Source of the DNA: a virus
Lineage: Duplodnaviria; Caudoviricetes
IMG/VR virus record: IMGVR_UViG_3300016644_000039
Location: 1-50,539 of that record
Length of the DNA: 50,539 nucleotides
Direction: 5' to 3' (one strand)
The notes under the pieces are model-generated. The model had not been told where the DNA came from. It saw only the letters and a list, made by a program, of their open reading frames with translations, and made no database searches. Positions 17,459-26,936 of this stretch are shown one piece after another (within the stretch, counting starts at the first letter, position 1; each line of letters starts with the position of its first letter). The position numbers and the translations under genes are program-made.

Positions 17459-18149
17459 CCTGAGCGGCGCTTCCAAGACCATCAAGAGCCAGGTCATGTT
17501 GGGCCTGGGTCTGAGCAACGCGCTGTCGGTCTCGGCCAGCAACGGCACCATCGTCGACCCCAATGCCTATTCGCTCGCCATCATCACCGAGCAACAGCGC
17601 CAGGCGTACAACACGTCGCTGAACACCTTCCAGACGACGAGCTTCTACAACGCGCAGCAGTTCTTCAAGGACCAGGCGACGACGGCCATCAACCAGATGC
17701 AGCAGTCGATCAGCTTCCTGGCTTCCAACGCCGTGGAGCTGCAAAAGGCGGCGACCGTTCACCAGATGGTGTCTGGTGTCGGCGACTCGGTGCAGGCCAA
17801 GCAGGTGCAGACCGCCATTGCCGCGAGCGGGCTCAGCTCCGAGATTCGAGCCGACACCGTGGCGAACTACAACTACAGCCTCGCGTCCGTGAACAGCTAC
17901 GCCACCCAGGCGGCGGCGTTCTTTCGCGCGGCGGACAACCAGCAGCTCACCAGCACCGTCGACCTGCTCAAGACCAACTACGGCAAGGACCTGGCCTACG
18001 CCGGGGCGCACTTCGTGTATGGCGACGCCCGGATGCTGGTGGGTTGGGCTGACGGCTTCAGCATCTCCATGGGGCCGGTACTGGACGCGTACCAGCAGTC
18101 CTCGCAGAGCTTCTACCAGGCTAACAACCTGATGTTCGGAGGTCAGTGA
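17325..18149 (+). CDS. secreted helical protein of unknown function
   Basis: Signal peptide ending ANA|Q; Q/A/N-rich; overlaps the upstream gene by 134 nt. Confidence 0.7.
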   Translation: MNANRSNPFRSPLAFVLMIQALCLIVIAPANAQSLTTSQQTVVNDLSGASKTIKSQVMLGLGLSNALSVSASNGTIVDPNAYSLAIITEQQRQAYNTSLNTFQTTSFYNAQQFFKDQATTAINQMQQSISFLASNAVELQKAATVHQMVSGVGDSVQAKQVQTAIAASGLSSEIRADTVANYNYSLASVNSYATQAAAFFRAADNQQLTSTVDLLKTNYGKDLAYAGAHFVYGDARMLVGWADGFSISMGPVLDAYQQSSQSFYQANNLMFGGQ

Positions 18150-18697
18150 TGGCGGACGAGAACAAGCCCACCGACAAGGTCGACCTGGCGTCGACCGAAC
18201 TCAAGATCGGCGGAGTCAACCTCAAGGGCAGCTACATCGTCTGGTTCATCGCGTGCGTGAGCGCCGTGGGCGGCGGCATCTACGCGGCGGGCGGCGAGTG
18301 GGGCAAGTACCAGAAGCTGCAAGAGGCGGTCTCGAGCTGGAAGGCGCCCGACATGGAGCCGGTCGTCAAGGTGACCGAGAAGGCGGCCAACCTCGAGGAA
18401 GAGATCGTCAACATGTCCAAGGCGGTGGCTGAGCTACAGAACCTCGGCAGCAAGCTGACAGTCGATCTCAACGCCGTGCAACGCCTCATGGAAGCCAACG
18501 ATGTGAGCAAGCTGCAAGGCGCCATCTCTCAGTTGCGCACCGCCGTCGAGGGCGTGCAGGTGTTTACCCGCGACGTGCAGGCCCTGCGTGAGCAGATGGT
18601 CGGCGTTCAGAAAGACATGGCCACCCTGAAGAAAGACGTGGACGCCCAGTGGAACGCCATCGACTCGATTGGCGCCGGGGCGCTGAAAGGCAAGTGA
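18149..18697 (+). CDS. membrane-anchored coiled-coil protein
   Basis: GGAGG SD; TM segment YIVWFIACVSAVGGGIYAAG followed by long heptad repeats. Confidence 0.75.
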   Translation: MADENKPTDKVDLASTELKIGGVNLKGSYIVWFIACVSAVGGGIYAAGGEWGKYQKLQEAVSSWKAPDMEPVVKVTEKAANLEEEIVNMSKAVAELQNLGSKLTVDLNAVQRLMEANDVSKLQGAISQLRTAVEGVQVFTRDVQALREQMVGVQKDMATLKKDVDAQWNAIDSIGAGALKGK

Positions 18698-18915
18698 TGA
18701 AGTACCTGCTCCTAATCACTCTGGGTCTGCTGGCGGGCTGTAGCGACCACTACCGCTACCCATGTCAGAACCCGGACAACTTCGCAAAGCCGGAGTGCCA
18801 GAAGCCCAAATGCCTGTTCACGCAGATGTGCCCGGAATACCTCGTAGCCCCGATCCTGGAGAAGCAGATCAATGGAAACCAACAACCAGCCTCAGAAGCA
18901 GCCCCTAACCGCTGA
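18697..18915 (+). CDS. small Cys-rich lipoprotein (72 aa)
   Basis: MKYLLLITLGLLAG|C lipobox; four further Cys; TGATG coupling. Confidence 0.8.
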   Translation: MKYLLLITLGLLAGCSDHYRYPCQNPDNFAKPECQKPKCLFTQMCPEYLVAPILEKQINGNQQPASEAAPNR

Positions 18916-19363
18916 CGACATCGAAGTCCGAATCTGGGGGTTCGTGGTCGTCGTGGTCACCCTGATCCTGTGCTTCATCGTCGTGTCCCTGCTGTACTCG
19001 GTGACGTTCGTCACCCAGCCGATCAAGTCGATGGCGCCCATCGACCAGGCCTACACGAAGATGCTCAACGACATCGTGCTGCTGATCGTGGGTGGCATTG
19101 GTGGCGTGATGTCCAAGCGGGCGACGGCAGCCGTGGCCAAGGCCATTGCCCCGGAGCCTCCCAAGCCCGCTGCACCGGGAGCTGAACCCCCAAAGCCCCC
19201 GGCCCATCCGGTAATGCCTGACTGGAACTGGATGGGCTATCAGAACCCGGACCTCGACGAGAGCTGGGTGCCGCCGCCTCCGCCGACGACCCCGGCCGAT
19301 CACCTGGACCCCTCGCGTGAGGAGATCGCCATGGAGCGCGCCCTTGCAAGGACCGAGTCATGA
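18872..19363 (+). CDS. two-TM membrane protein with Pro-rich tail
   Basis: Two hydrophobic segments; Pro-rich C-terminus. Confidence 0.75.
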   Translation: METNNQPQKQPLTADDIEVRIWGFVVVVVTLILCFIVVSLLYSVTFVTQPIKSMAPIDQAYTKMLNDIVLLIVGGIGGVMSKRATAAVAKAIAPEPPKPAAPGAEPPKPPAHPVMPDWNWMGYQNPDLDESWVPPPPPTTPADHLDPSREEIAMERALARTES

Positions 19364-19827
19364 ACAAGTACCTGATTGCTGGCGTCGTCGCGGTGCTCAC
19401 CGTGTTTGGCATCTACCGCTACGGCTTCCACAAGGGCTGGGGCGAGCGCGACGCCGAGATGCAGGCCGTCATCGCTCAGAAGAACGAGGAGGCCCGCCAG
19501 ACCGAGCAGAAGATGCTCGAGCTCACCAACACCACCGCAACACAACTGAAGGAGGCCAACGATGCCCTCGACCAAAAGTCTTCTGCTCTTGACCGTGCTA
19601 TCCGCGCTGGCCGGGTGCGCCTCCCCGCCCCGAGTTGCGTACAAACCTCCGCAGGTACCCCCGCTCCCGCCGGAGATAGCGCAGAAGCGCCCAGCGAATC
19701 TGAGCGACAGACTCTTGCAGCTATTGCAGCCATCGTCGCCGACGGCGACCGGGCCATCAACCAGCTCAACGCCTGCATCGACGCCTACAACCAAGTGAGG
19801 GAGCAGCTTAATGGCAGTAACCACTGA
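19360..19827 (+). CDS. i-spanin (Rz-like)
   Basis: N-terminal TM, coiled coil, GRVRL, QLNACIDAY. Confidence 0.85.
   Translation: MNKYLIAGVVAVLTVFGIYRYGFHKGWGERDAEMQAVIAQKNEEARQTEQKMLELTNTTATQLKEANDALDQKSSALDRAIRAGRVRLPAPSCVQTSAGTPAPAGDSAEAPSESERQTLAAIAAIVADGDRAINQLNACIDAYNQVREQLNGSNH
19562..19798 (+). CDS. o-spanin (Rz1-like) embedded in the +1 frame
   Basis: AAGGAGG SD; LAG|C lipobox; Pro-rich; fully nested in Rz. Confidence 0.8.
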   Translation: MPSTKSLLLLTVLSALAGCASPPRVAYKPPQVPPLPPEIAQKRPANLSDRLLQLLQPSSPTATGPSTSSTPASTPTTK

Positions 19828-20410
19828 ACAGCTCAAGGAGCTGCACATCGACCCCCAGTGGGTGGACGCCCTGAACGCGACGTTCGAGCGCTTCTACATC
19901 AACAGCAAGGTGCAGCAGGCGGCCTTCATCGGCCAGTGCGGGCATGAGTGCGGCAACTTCAAGGTGCTCGAGGAGAACCTGAACTACCGCGCCGAGACGC
20001 TGATGCGCCTGTGGCCCAAGCGTTTCCCGACGCTGGATGTTGCCAACCAGTACGCCCGCAACCCCAAGAAAATCGCCAACATGGTCTACGCCAACCGCAT
20101 GGGCAACCGTGACGAGGCGTCCGGCGACGGCTACCGGTTCCGGGGTCGAGGCTGCATCCAGCTAACCGGGCACTCGAACTACTTCCATGCCGGCAAGGCG
20201 TTGGGCGTTGACTTCGTGAAAGAGCCCGACCTGGTGGCGACACCGATGTACGCCGCGCTCACCGCCGGCTGGTTCTGGTCCACCCACGACTGCAACCGCC
20301 TGGCCGAAGTTCAGGACTGGAAGGGCCTGACCAAGAAAATCAACGGAGGCCACATTGGTCTGGATGACCGGATCAAGCATACGCAGCACGCGTTGGCCGT
20401 TCTGGGCTAA
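19811..20410 (+). CDS. endolysin, glycoside hydrolase family 19
   Basis: AFIGQCGHEC, EENLNY, RGRGCIQLTG..NY, INGG motifs. Confidence 0.92.
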   Translation: MAVTTEQLKELHIDPQWVDALNATFERFYINSKVQQAAFIGQCGHECGNFKVLEENLNYRAETLMRLWPKRFPTLDVANQYARNPKKIANMVYANRMGNRDEASGDGYRFRGRGCIQLTGHSNYFHAGKALGVDFVKEPDLVATPMYAALTAGWFWSTHDCNRLAEVQDWKGLTKKINGGHIGLDDRIKHTQHALAVLG

Positions 20411-20448
20411 GGCACTACAATCCAGTTAGTTGCTAGGCAAGGACGATC

Positions 20449-22095
20449 ATGGCTGTCATTACCATCCCGAAGTTCTCTGGCGTCGCGCCACGGGTATCGC
20501 CTAACAAGCTGTCGCCTGAAATGGCCCAGACGGCGAACAACGTGCGCCTGCTCGCGGGGACTTTGGCTGCGTGGAAGCAGCCGCTGACCGTGGTCTCCGG
20601 GCTGACCGCCAGCGACCCGTCGACCATCTACCGATTTGGCCAGGACCTCACCTCCGACACGCAGTACTGGTTTCACTGGGCGACCGACGTCGACGTGGTC
20701 AAGGGCGCCATTGCCGGCGACCAGACCGAGCGCACGTTCTTCACGCACCCCACGTTGGGCGCGCGGCAGACAAACAATTCGTTGGCGCTGACTGGTGGTA
20801 CGGGCAGCTACCCTTGGAACTCGGTGCCTTTGGGCGTTCCGGCGCCCACGAGCGCTCCGGCTTGCGCGGTTGCAACCAACGGCGACCCAAACGAACCAAC
20901 CGAGACCCGCGTCTACTGCTTCACCTATGTGACTTCGCTGGGGGAAGAAGGCCCTCCAAGCCCGACCAGCGCTGCGCTGAACCTCAAGCCAACAGGCGCA
21001 ACGGTTACTCTGACCGGGCTGGGCACTACGGCTCCGGCCGGGTACAGCGGGTACATTACCGCCAAGCGCGTCTACCGCACGCTGTCAGGCAACCTGACAA
21101 CGGAGTTTCAGCTTGTCGATGAGATTCCGATTGCGCAGGCTACATACTCGGACACCATCGCCAGCAGCCAGCTCGACGAGGTAATCCCGACCGCCACATG
21201 GCAGCCGCCTCCGTCGGGGGTGTTCGGCATCACGCAGATGGCCAACGGGATCATGCTGCTCTTCAAGGAGTACGACATCTACCCGTCTGAGGCCTACGTG
21301 CCTTACGCCTATCCGGTGGACTACCAGCTCTCAGTCGACTATCCCATCGTGGGCGGCAAGGCCGTGGGTTCGTCGGCGGTGATCGTGACGACCGGGCACC
21401 CGTACCTGCTCACCGGCTCGGACCCCTCGGCGCTGTCGCTTGTCAAACTCGACAACCCGCAGGCGTGCGTCTCCAAGCGATCATTGGCTCCCGCTGAAGG
21501 CGGAGTGATCTACGCATCCCCCGACGGCTTGATCTTCGTGTCCACCGCCGGCCAGGTGTCGAATCTGACTGCGCAGCTCTTTTCCCGCGACGAGTGGCAG
21601 ACCCTTGTGCCGTCGTCCATCGACGGCTACTTCCACGACGGGCGCTACTACGGCTTCTACAACAACGGCACGACTCAAGGCGGTTTCGTGTTCGACCCAA
21701 CGCAGGGCACAGGTGCCTTCACGTTCATCGACACCTACGCGACTGCCGGCTACTCGGACCTGCTCCAGGACGCGCTGTACCTGAAGGTCGGTACGAACAT
21801 CGTGAAGTGGGGCGCCGGCAGCACCAGTCAGACCTACACCTGGAAGTCTGCGGTGTTCGAGCTCACGACGCCCTCTAACCCAGGCTGCGCCCAGGTGGTG
21901 GCTCGCTCGTACCCAGCAACGTTCAAGCTCTACGCCGACGGCGTGCTCAAGCACACGCAGACGGTGGCCAACAGCAATCCGTTCTGGCTGCCGGCCGGCT
22001 ACCGCGCTCGATTCCTCGAAGTCGAGATCACAGGCACCGCTGAAGTGCTGGCCGTGCACGTCGCCTCTAGTCCGCAGGAGCTCAAGGGAACATGA
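20449..22095 (+). CDS. tail tubular/nozzle (stabilisation) protein
   Basis: Beta-rich 548 aa; GEEGPPSP; YASPDGL; YTWKS. Confidence 0.7.
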   Translation: MAVITIPKFSGVAPRVSPNKLSPEMAQTANNVRLLAGTLAAWKQPLTVVSGLTASDPSTIYRFGQDLTSDTQYWFHWATDVDVVKGAIAGDQTERTFFTHPTLGARQTNNSLALTGGTGSYPWNSVPLGVPAPTSAPACAVATNGDPNEPTETRVYCFTYVTSLGEEGPPSPTSAALNLKPTGATVTLTGLGTTAPAGYSGYITAKRVYRTLSGNLTTEFQLVDEIPIAQATYSDTIASSQLDEVIPTATWQPPPSGVFGITQMANGIMLLFKEYDIYPSEAYVPYAYPVDYQLSVDYPIVGGKAVGSSAVIVTTGHPYLLTGSDPSALSLVKLDNPQACVSKRSLAPAEGGVIYASPDGLIFVSTAGQVSNLTAQLFSRDEWQTLVPSSIDGYFHDGRYYGFYNNGTTQGGFVFDPTQGTGAFTFIDTYATAGYSDLLQDALYLKVGTNIVKWGAGSTSQTYTWKSAVFELTTPSNPGCAQVVARSYPATFKLYADGVLKHTQTVANSNPFWLPAGYRARFLEVEITGTAEVLAVHVASSPQELKGT

Positions 22096-24185
22096 GTTAT
22101 TCACCAGGCTCCATCCCGAACCTGCCGCCGAGCGTCGACCCGCAGCTTCGCCAGTTCCTCTCCGCGATCAAGGAGAACCTGGAAGTTCGCCTGCGCCAGC
22201 GCGGCAACGCACTCGACGCATCGCCCACATTCCGCGACCTACTGGATACCGGCATCCTCAAGATCAGAGAGGGGGTCACCACGATTGGCGGGCGCCAGTA
22301 CACCGCCGAGCAGCTTCTCGGGCTGGTGACAGGGTCGCTGCCGGACTGGATCACCTCCGACTCTGCGCCGCCCGCACCTACCGGCCTGGTGGTGGCCTCG
22401 GATGCCACCAACACGATTTTGACCTGGAATGCCAGCGAGTTCGATCAGTACTCCGAGACCGAGGTCTGGCGCTCAACAACCAACAACCTCTCGACCGCCG
22501 TCAAGATTGGGTCAACCTCCGGCGTGACCTTTACCGACGGGCTGCCGGACGTCGGGGTGGCGTACTACTACTGGATCAGGGACGTTGCGTTCAACCTGCT
22601 TCCTTCGCCGTTCAACGACGTCAACGGCTCGAGCACTAACCTGGGTCCGGGCCCGGTTACCGTCAGCTCGCGTTTCGTAGGGCAGGACGTGGAGCTGTCG
22701 TGGCCCACGCCGACCAGCAACCTGGCGGTTGCACTGTACCGAATCGAGTACAACAACGGTGGCTGGCTGCCGCTCGACATTGCCTCCGGCAACTCGTACC
22801 GTTTCAAGGCCAACTGGTCCGGCGCGCGGCAGTTCCGGGTGTCTGCACTGGACATCAACGGCAACCAAGGGCCCGGCGGCACCGTTACGGTCACCATCAC
22901 GGTTGCCACTGCACCCCAGGTGTCGGTGTCGTTCGATGGCGAACAAGTGCTGCTGTCCTGGGCGGAGCCCGCCAGCTCGCTACCCATCGACCGCTACGAG
23001 GTCTACGACACCTCGGTGTCCTCCAGCAACCTCCTGGCGACGCTCTACGCGACGGTGTTCCGCACAAAGGTCACGTTCGCATCCAAGACGTACATCGTTC
23101 GCGCCATCGACACTTCCGGGGCGGCTGGTGCGGAGCGTGCGGTGTCGGTCACGATCTCGCCTGCCGCGGTAACGTCCCTGGCTACGGAGGTCATCGACAA
23201 CAACGTGCTGTTCCGTTGGACCAGCGCCGCTGGCTCGCTGCCGATCCGCACCTACGAGCTTCGCAGGGGCAGCACCTACGCGGCCTCGGTGCTGATTGGC
23301 CTGAAAGACGGCGGCTTTACGACGGTGTTTGAGTCGCCGCAAACCCAAACGCAGTACACGTACTGGCTGACCGCGGTCGACACCGCCGGCAACTACGGCA
23401 CGCCTACAAGCGCCACGGCTACAGTGAACGTGCCGCCAGACTACGTGCTGGCGGCGACGTACGCATCCACCTTTGCCGGCACCAAGAACAACGCGGTACT
23501 CGACCCCAACACAATCGCCCTGACACTGCCAGTCAACACGGCGGAGACGTTTGCCCAGCACTTCACAACGCGGTCATGGGCAAACCCTGACGCGCAGATT
23601 GCCGCTGGCTACCCGATCTTTGCGCAGCCTGGCGCTACGACTGGGTATTACGAGGAGGTGCTGGACTACGGCGCGGTCCTGGTGGCGATGAAAATCACCG
23701 TCTCCTACCTGCTCGAGACGGTCGCCGGGACGTTGGCCGCCAGCGTTCAGATCACAACCGCGTTGGACTCCGGGTTCACAAGCAACGTTCAGACGTTCTC
23801 CGGCACACAGGCGTTCGCTGTCAACTTCCGCTATGTGAAGGTCCGGGCGACTGTCACCGCGACGAATGACAAAGGTGTCGGGGTCTTGTCGAACTTGACA
23901 ACCAAGCTCGATACCAAACTCAAGACGTTAACTGGCGCCATCTACGCGAACGCTGCGGACTCAGGCGGCACGACGGTCTACCTAACGGATGACAAGTCGA
24001 GCACCGGACCGAAGACATTCATTGACGTAGAATCCATTACGGTGGCCGCGCAAGGCACTACACCTCTGTACGCCATCTACGACTTCACGGATACCTATCA
24101 ACCTTTGAGCTTCAAGGTGCTGCTCTTCAACAGCAGCGGCACGAGGGTATCAGGTACCGTCAGTTACTCCGTTCGAGGTTACTAA
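22092..24185 (+). CDS. tail protein with fibronectin type III-like repeats
   Basis: Repeated L-x-W...Y-x-V-x-A-x-D-x-x-GN modules. Confidence 0.7.
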   Translation: MSYSPGSIPNLPPSVDPQLRQFLSAIKENLEVRLRQRGNALDASPTFRDLLDTGILKIREGVTTIGGRQYTAEQLLGLVTGSLPDWITSDSAPPAPTGLVVASDATNTILTWNASEFDQYSETEVWRSTTNNLSTAVKIGSTSGVTFTDGLPDVGVAYYYWIRDVAFNLLPSPFNDVNGSSTNLGPGPVTVSSRFVGQDVELSWPTPTSNLAVALYRIEYNNGGWLPLDIASGNSYRFKANWSGARQFRVSALDINGNQGPGGTVTVTITVATAPQVSVSFDGEQVLLSWAEPASSLPIDRYEVYDTSVSSSNLLATLYATVFRTKVTFASKTYIVRAIDTSGAAGAERAVSVTISPAAVTSLATEVIDNNVLFRWTSAAGSLPIRTYELRRGSTYAASVLIGLKDGGFTTVFESPQTQTQYTYWLTAVDTAGNYGTPTSATATVNVPPDYVLAATYASTFAGTKNNAVLDPNTIALTLPVNTAETFAQHFTTRSWANPDAQIAAGYPIFAQPGATTGYYEEVLDYGAVLVAMKITVSYLLETVAGTLAASVQITTALDSGFTSNVQTFSGTQAFAVNFRYVKVRATVTATNDKGVGVLSNLTTKLDTKLKTLTGAIYANAADSGGTTVYLTDDKSSTGPKTFIDVESITVAAQGTTPLYAIYDFTDTYQPLSFKVLLFNSSGTRVSGTVSYSVRGY

Positions 24186-24186
24186 C

Positions 24187-25350
24187 ATGGCCGACCACAG
24201 CAAACCAACAACCGCAAGCGCGTACGCCAACTTCACGAGCGAACTGGACGCGCGGTTTGATGACCTGACACTTGGGCTTGATCCGGCGTACGTCACTCCA
24301 ACCAACTTGCCTACGAACGCGATTCGTTTCTCGAGTGCGGCGGCCAAGTGGCAGCGGTGGAATGGCACCTCGTGGGTCGACCCCGTGGCCAGCAACACTT
24401 ACGCGATCAGCATCTCCGGCAACTCCGGTACTGTGACCAACGGCGTCTACACGACTGGCACTTACGCGGACCCCGCGTGGATCACGTCGATTGCGGGCAC
24501 CAAGGTCACGGGCAATATCTCCGGTAACGCTGGTTCGGCCACTGTCCTGCAAACGGCCAGGACCATCAACGGAGTCAGCTTCAACGGCTCCGCCAACATC
24601 AACGTCAACCTGAACAACGCGCTTTCGTTTGCCACCGACGGCTCTGGCGCCGCCAGTGGCGCGACGTTCAACGGTTCGGCTGCGCGAACAATCTCGTACA
24701 ACTCGGTGGGGGCCCCCTCAGCGAGCGGGGCAAACGCGACGGGGACGTGGGCAATCAGCATCTCGGGGAACGCTGCAACCGCGACCACGGCCTTGTCTGC
24801 CGACAACGCGACAAACGCGACGAACGCCGCGACTGCCGTCACTGTCTCCGACAGCGCGATTACAACCGCCAAACTCGGCAATGGGGCTGTCACATCCGCA
24901 AAAATGGCAACTGGTGCGGCGGTCGGAAACCTCGGGTTCACGCCCGTTCAGCAAGGCGGTGGAGCAGGCCAAGGCACCAACAAACTGTATATGGGTTGGT
25001 CCGGGGGCGGTCTTCGGTTCCAGGTCGACGCCACGGACTTCGGGTTGGATTGGCCGATGCGCTCGACAAACGGCGCGAAGGCCTGGGTCAACTTCGATTC
25101 CGGCGGTGGTGTTCGAGCGGCCTTCAGCGTGACGAGCGTGACAAAGCTCGACGTGGGGCGGTTTTACGTGAACTTCTCGTACTCGCTGCCAGACTCAAGT
25201 TACGCGGTTGTCGCAGGCGGCGGAGACGCGTCGAGCTTTGGCTTCGAGTCAGGGCACCCATTCCCATATGCTTGCTACGTCGCTATCCACAACACATTCA
25301 ACGGCGAATACAGAGACACTGCGTCTTGCATGGTCTCAGTTTTCAGGTGA
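24187..25350 (+). CDS. second tail fibre / receptor-binding protein
   Basis: TARTINGVSFNG; LGFTPVQQGGG; AKAWVNF C-terminal domain. Confidence 0.75.
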   Translation: MADHSKPTTASAYANFTSELDARFDDLTLGLDPAYVTPTNLPTNAIRFSSAAAKWQRWNGTSWVDPVASNTYAISISGNSGTVTNGVYTTGTYADPAWITSIAGTKVTGNISGNAGSATVLQTARTINGVSFNGSANINVNLNNALSFATDGSGAASGATFNGSAARTISYNSVGAPSASGANATGTWAISISGNAATATTALSADNATNATNAATAVTVSDSAITTAKLGNGAVTSAKMATGAAVGNLGFTPVQQGGGAGQGTNKLYMGWSGGGLRFQVDATDFGLDWPMRSTNGAKAWVNFDSGGGVRAAFSVTSVTKLDVGRFYVNFSYSLPDSSYAVVAGGGDASSFGFESGHPFPYACYVAIHNTFNGEYRDTASCMVSVFR

Positions 25351-25355
25351 ACAGC

Positions 25356-25613
25356 ATGAACCAAGTTATCGTCTACCCAAACCCTTCCGGCGGAGTTGCA
25401 TTCTGCTACCCGTCGCCCTGCGGACTGTCCGCGATGGAGATTGCTCGCAAGGACGTGCCCGTCGGCGTGCCTTTTCTCTTGGTGCCCGCAGACCAGGTGC
25501 CTACAGACCACACGTTTTTTGCCGCCTTCGAAGCAGATTTCAGCAGCCCGGATGGCTACGGGATCGGGCCCGAGGCCTGGTTCGCCGAGCAAGCAGCGAA
25601 GGAGCAGCAATGA
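25356..25613 (+). CDS. tail-associated hypothetical protein (85 aa)
   Basis: MNQVIVYPNP..IARKDVP; 3' end of ORF 24747..25613. Confidence 0.7.
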   Translation: MNQVIVYPNPSGGVAFCYPSPCGLSAMEIARKDVPVGVPFLLVPADQVPTDHTFFAAFEADFSSPDGYGIGPEAWFAEQAAKEQQ

Positions 25614-25843
25614 TTACCGTGAACCTGGGGAAGGCCAAACAACTCGGCCACGACATGCGCCGCCGTCAGCGAGCTGCTGAGTTCGCTCCGCTCGACGACC
25701 AGATTGCAAAGCAAATCCCGGGCGTTGACCATCAATTGGTGGAGGCCCAGCGTCAGGCGGTCAGAGACAAGTACGCCGCGATGCAAGTCGAAATTGACGC
25801 AGCGGAGTCCCCCGAAGCGATCAAGGCGGCGCTGGGGCTCTGA
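25610..25843 (+). CDS. tail-fibre chaperone-like protein (77 aa)
   Basis: AAGGAG SD; MITVNLGKAK..EFAPLD; ATGA overlap. Confidence 0.7.
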   Translation: MITVNLGKAKQLGHDMRRRQRAAEFAPLDDQIAKQIPGVDHQLVEAQRQAVRDKYAAMQVEIDAAESPEAIKAALGL

Positions 25844-25845
25844 CC

Positions 25846-26235
25846 ATGCCTTACGCCTTTCTCAACCCCGACGGCACGATCAAGCAGGTCATCGCCAAGC
25901 CCAGCCCCTTCATGCGGCTGGGCGACGGCGAGCGCATGGTCAACTACAACCCGCCCATCGTGGACGACGCAATGTACCGGACGGTGCCGACCGTCCCTGT
26001 GGCCGAAGACTTGCTCGACGTGGCGTTCACCGTGGAGCCCCTGCCCGACGAAGTGGTGTGGCCGGTGGTCCGCAGGCAGCGCGACGCCCTGCTGGTGCAT
26101 TCCGACTGGACTCAACTCCCCGATGTGCCGCTGCCGACCAAGGAGGCCTGGGCGACCTACCGCCAAGCCCTTCGAGACGTCACACAGCAACCCGATCCAC
26201 ACAACATTTCCTGGCCCACACCGCCTGGCGCGTGA
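25846..26235 (+). CDS. tail fibre assembly chaperone
   Basis: RDALL..SDWTQLPD..WATYRQALRD..WP motif. Confidence 0.85.
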   Translation: MPYAFLNPDGTIKQVIAKPSPFMRLGDGERMVNYNPPIVDDAMYRTVPTVPVAEDLLDVAFTVEPLPDEVVWPVVRRQRDALLVHSDWTQLPDVPLPTKEAWATYRQALRDVTQQPDPHNISWPTPPGA

Positions 26236-26280
26236 GGGTGTGTTAGGAGATAATGTGGCCTGTAAACAACTGGAGTACCT

Positions 26281-26520
26281 ATGTCCAATGTCGAAAAGCT
26301 GCTCGCAAAGGGCGCACAGATCGTCGGTGGTGACCTGATTCTTCGTCACCAGGTGGTGGGCATGTTCCGCTACGACGACTTCATCCTGACCCCTGAAGGC
26401 GAGGCTGAGCTTGAGATCACCGACGTGGTCGTCAAAGAGGAAAAGGCTGCCAAGGCCCCTCGCGCCAAGAAGGTCGACGAGTCCGCAGCCGCTACGGATG
26501 ACGTGACCATCGAGGTCTGA
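26281..26520 (+). CDS. small hypothetical protein
   Basis: GGAG SD; ORF track. Confidence 0.7.
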   Translation: MSNVEKLLAKGAQIVGGDLILRHQVVGMFRYDDFILTPEGEAELEITDVVVKEEKAAKAPRAKKVDESAAATDDVTIEV

Positions 26521-26936
26521 TGAAGCGGATCATCTCCGACCCGGCTCGCGTTTGGGCGTACGTCCACACGAAAGCCGGAGTTCCAGCCTCAGCCAACATG
26601 AAGGGGTTGGGGTTGGAACAGGACGGAGAGTTGATCGCTGGCGTGGTCTACGAGGGCTACACCGGCCATAACATCTGGATGCACGTCGCGGCGGAGCCCG
26701 GCGCCAGATGGATGACCCGTGAGTTTCTTCGGTACTGCTTCTACTACCCATTCGTCGAGTGCGGAGTTGACCGCGTGAGTGGTTGGGTAGAGGACAGCAA
26801 CGAGGCTGCGAAGAGGTTTGACGAGCACTTGGGCTTTCGTGAGGAGGCCAGGCTCAAGGGGGCCGCCAGAGATGGCGGTGATGTGATTCTGTATGTGATG
26901 TGGCGGAAGGACTGCCGTTATGTTGATCCCGAGTAA
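26520..26936 (+). CDS. GNAT-fold protein (P22 gp14-like position)
   Basis: N..A..FDEHLGFREEARL GNAT motif; precedes the ejection genes. Confidence 0.75.
   Translation: MKRIISDPARVWAYVHTKAGVPASANMKGLGLEQDGELIAGVVYEGYTGHNIWMHVAAEPGARWMTREFLRYCFYYPFVECGVDRVSGWVEDSNEAAKRFDEHLGFREEARLKGAARDGGDVILYVMWRKDCRYVDPE

Noticed and set aside
13492-25350. Diversity-generating retroelement acting on the tail fibres
   Set aside because: No reverse transcriptase in the window; repeat mismatches are synonymous and not adenine-specific; no non-coding template repeat
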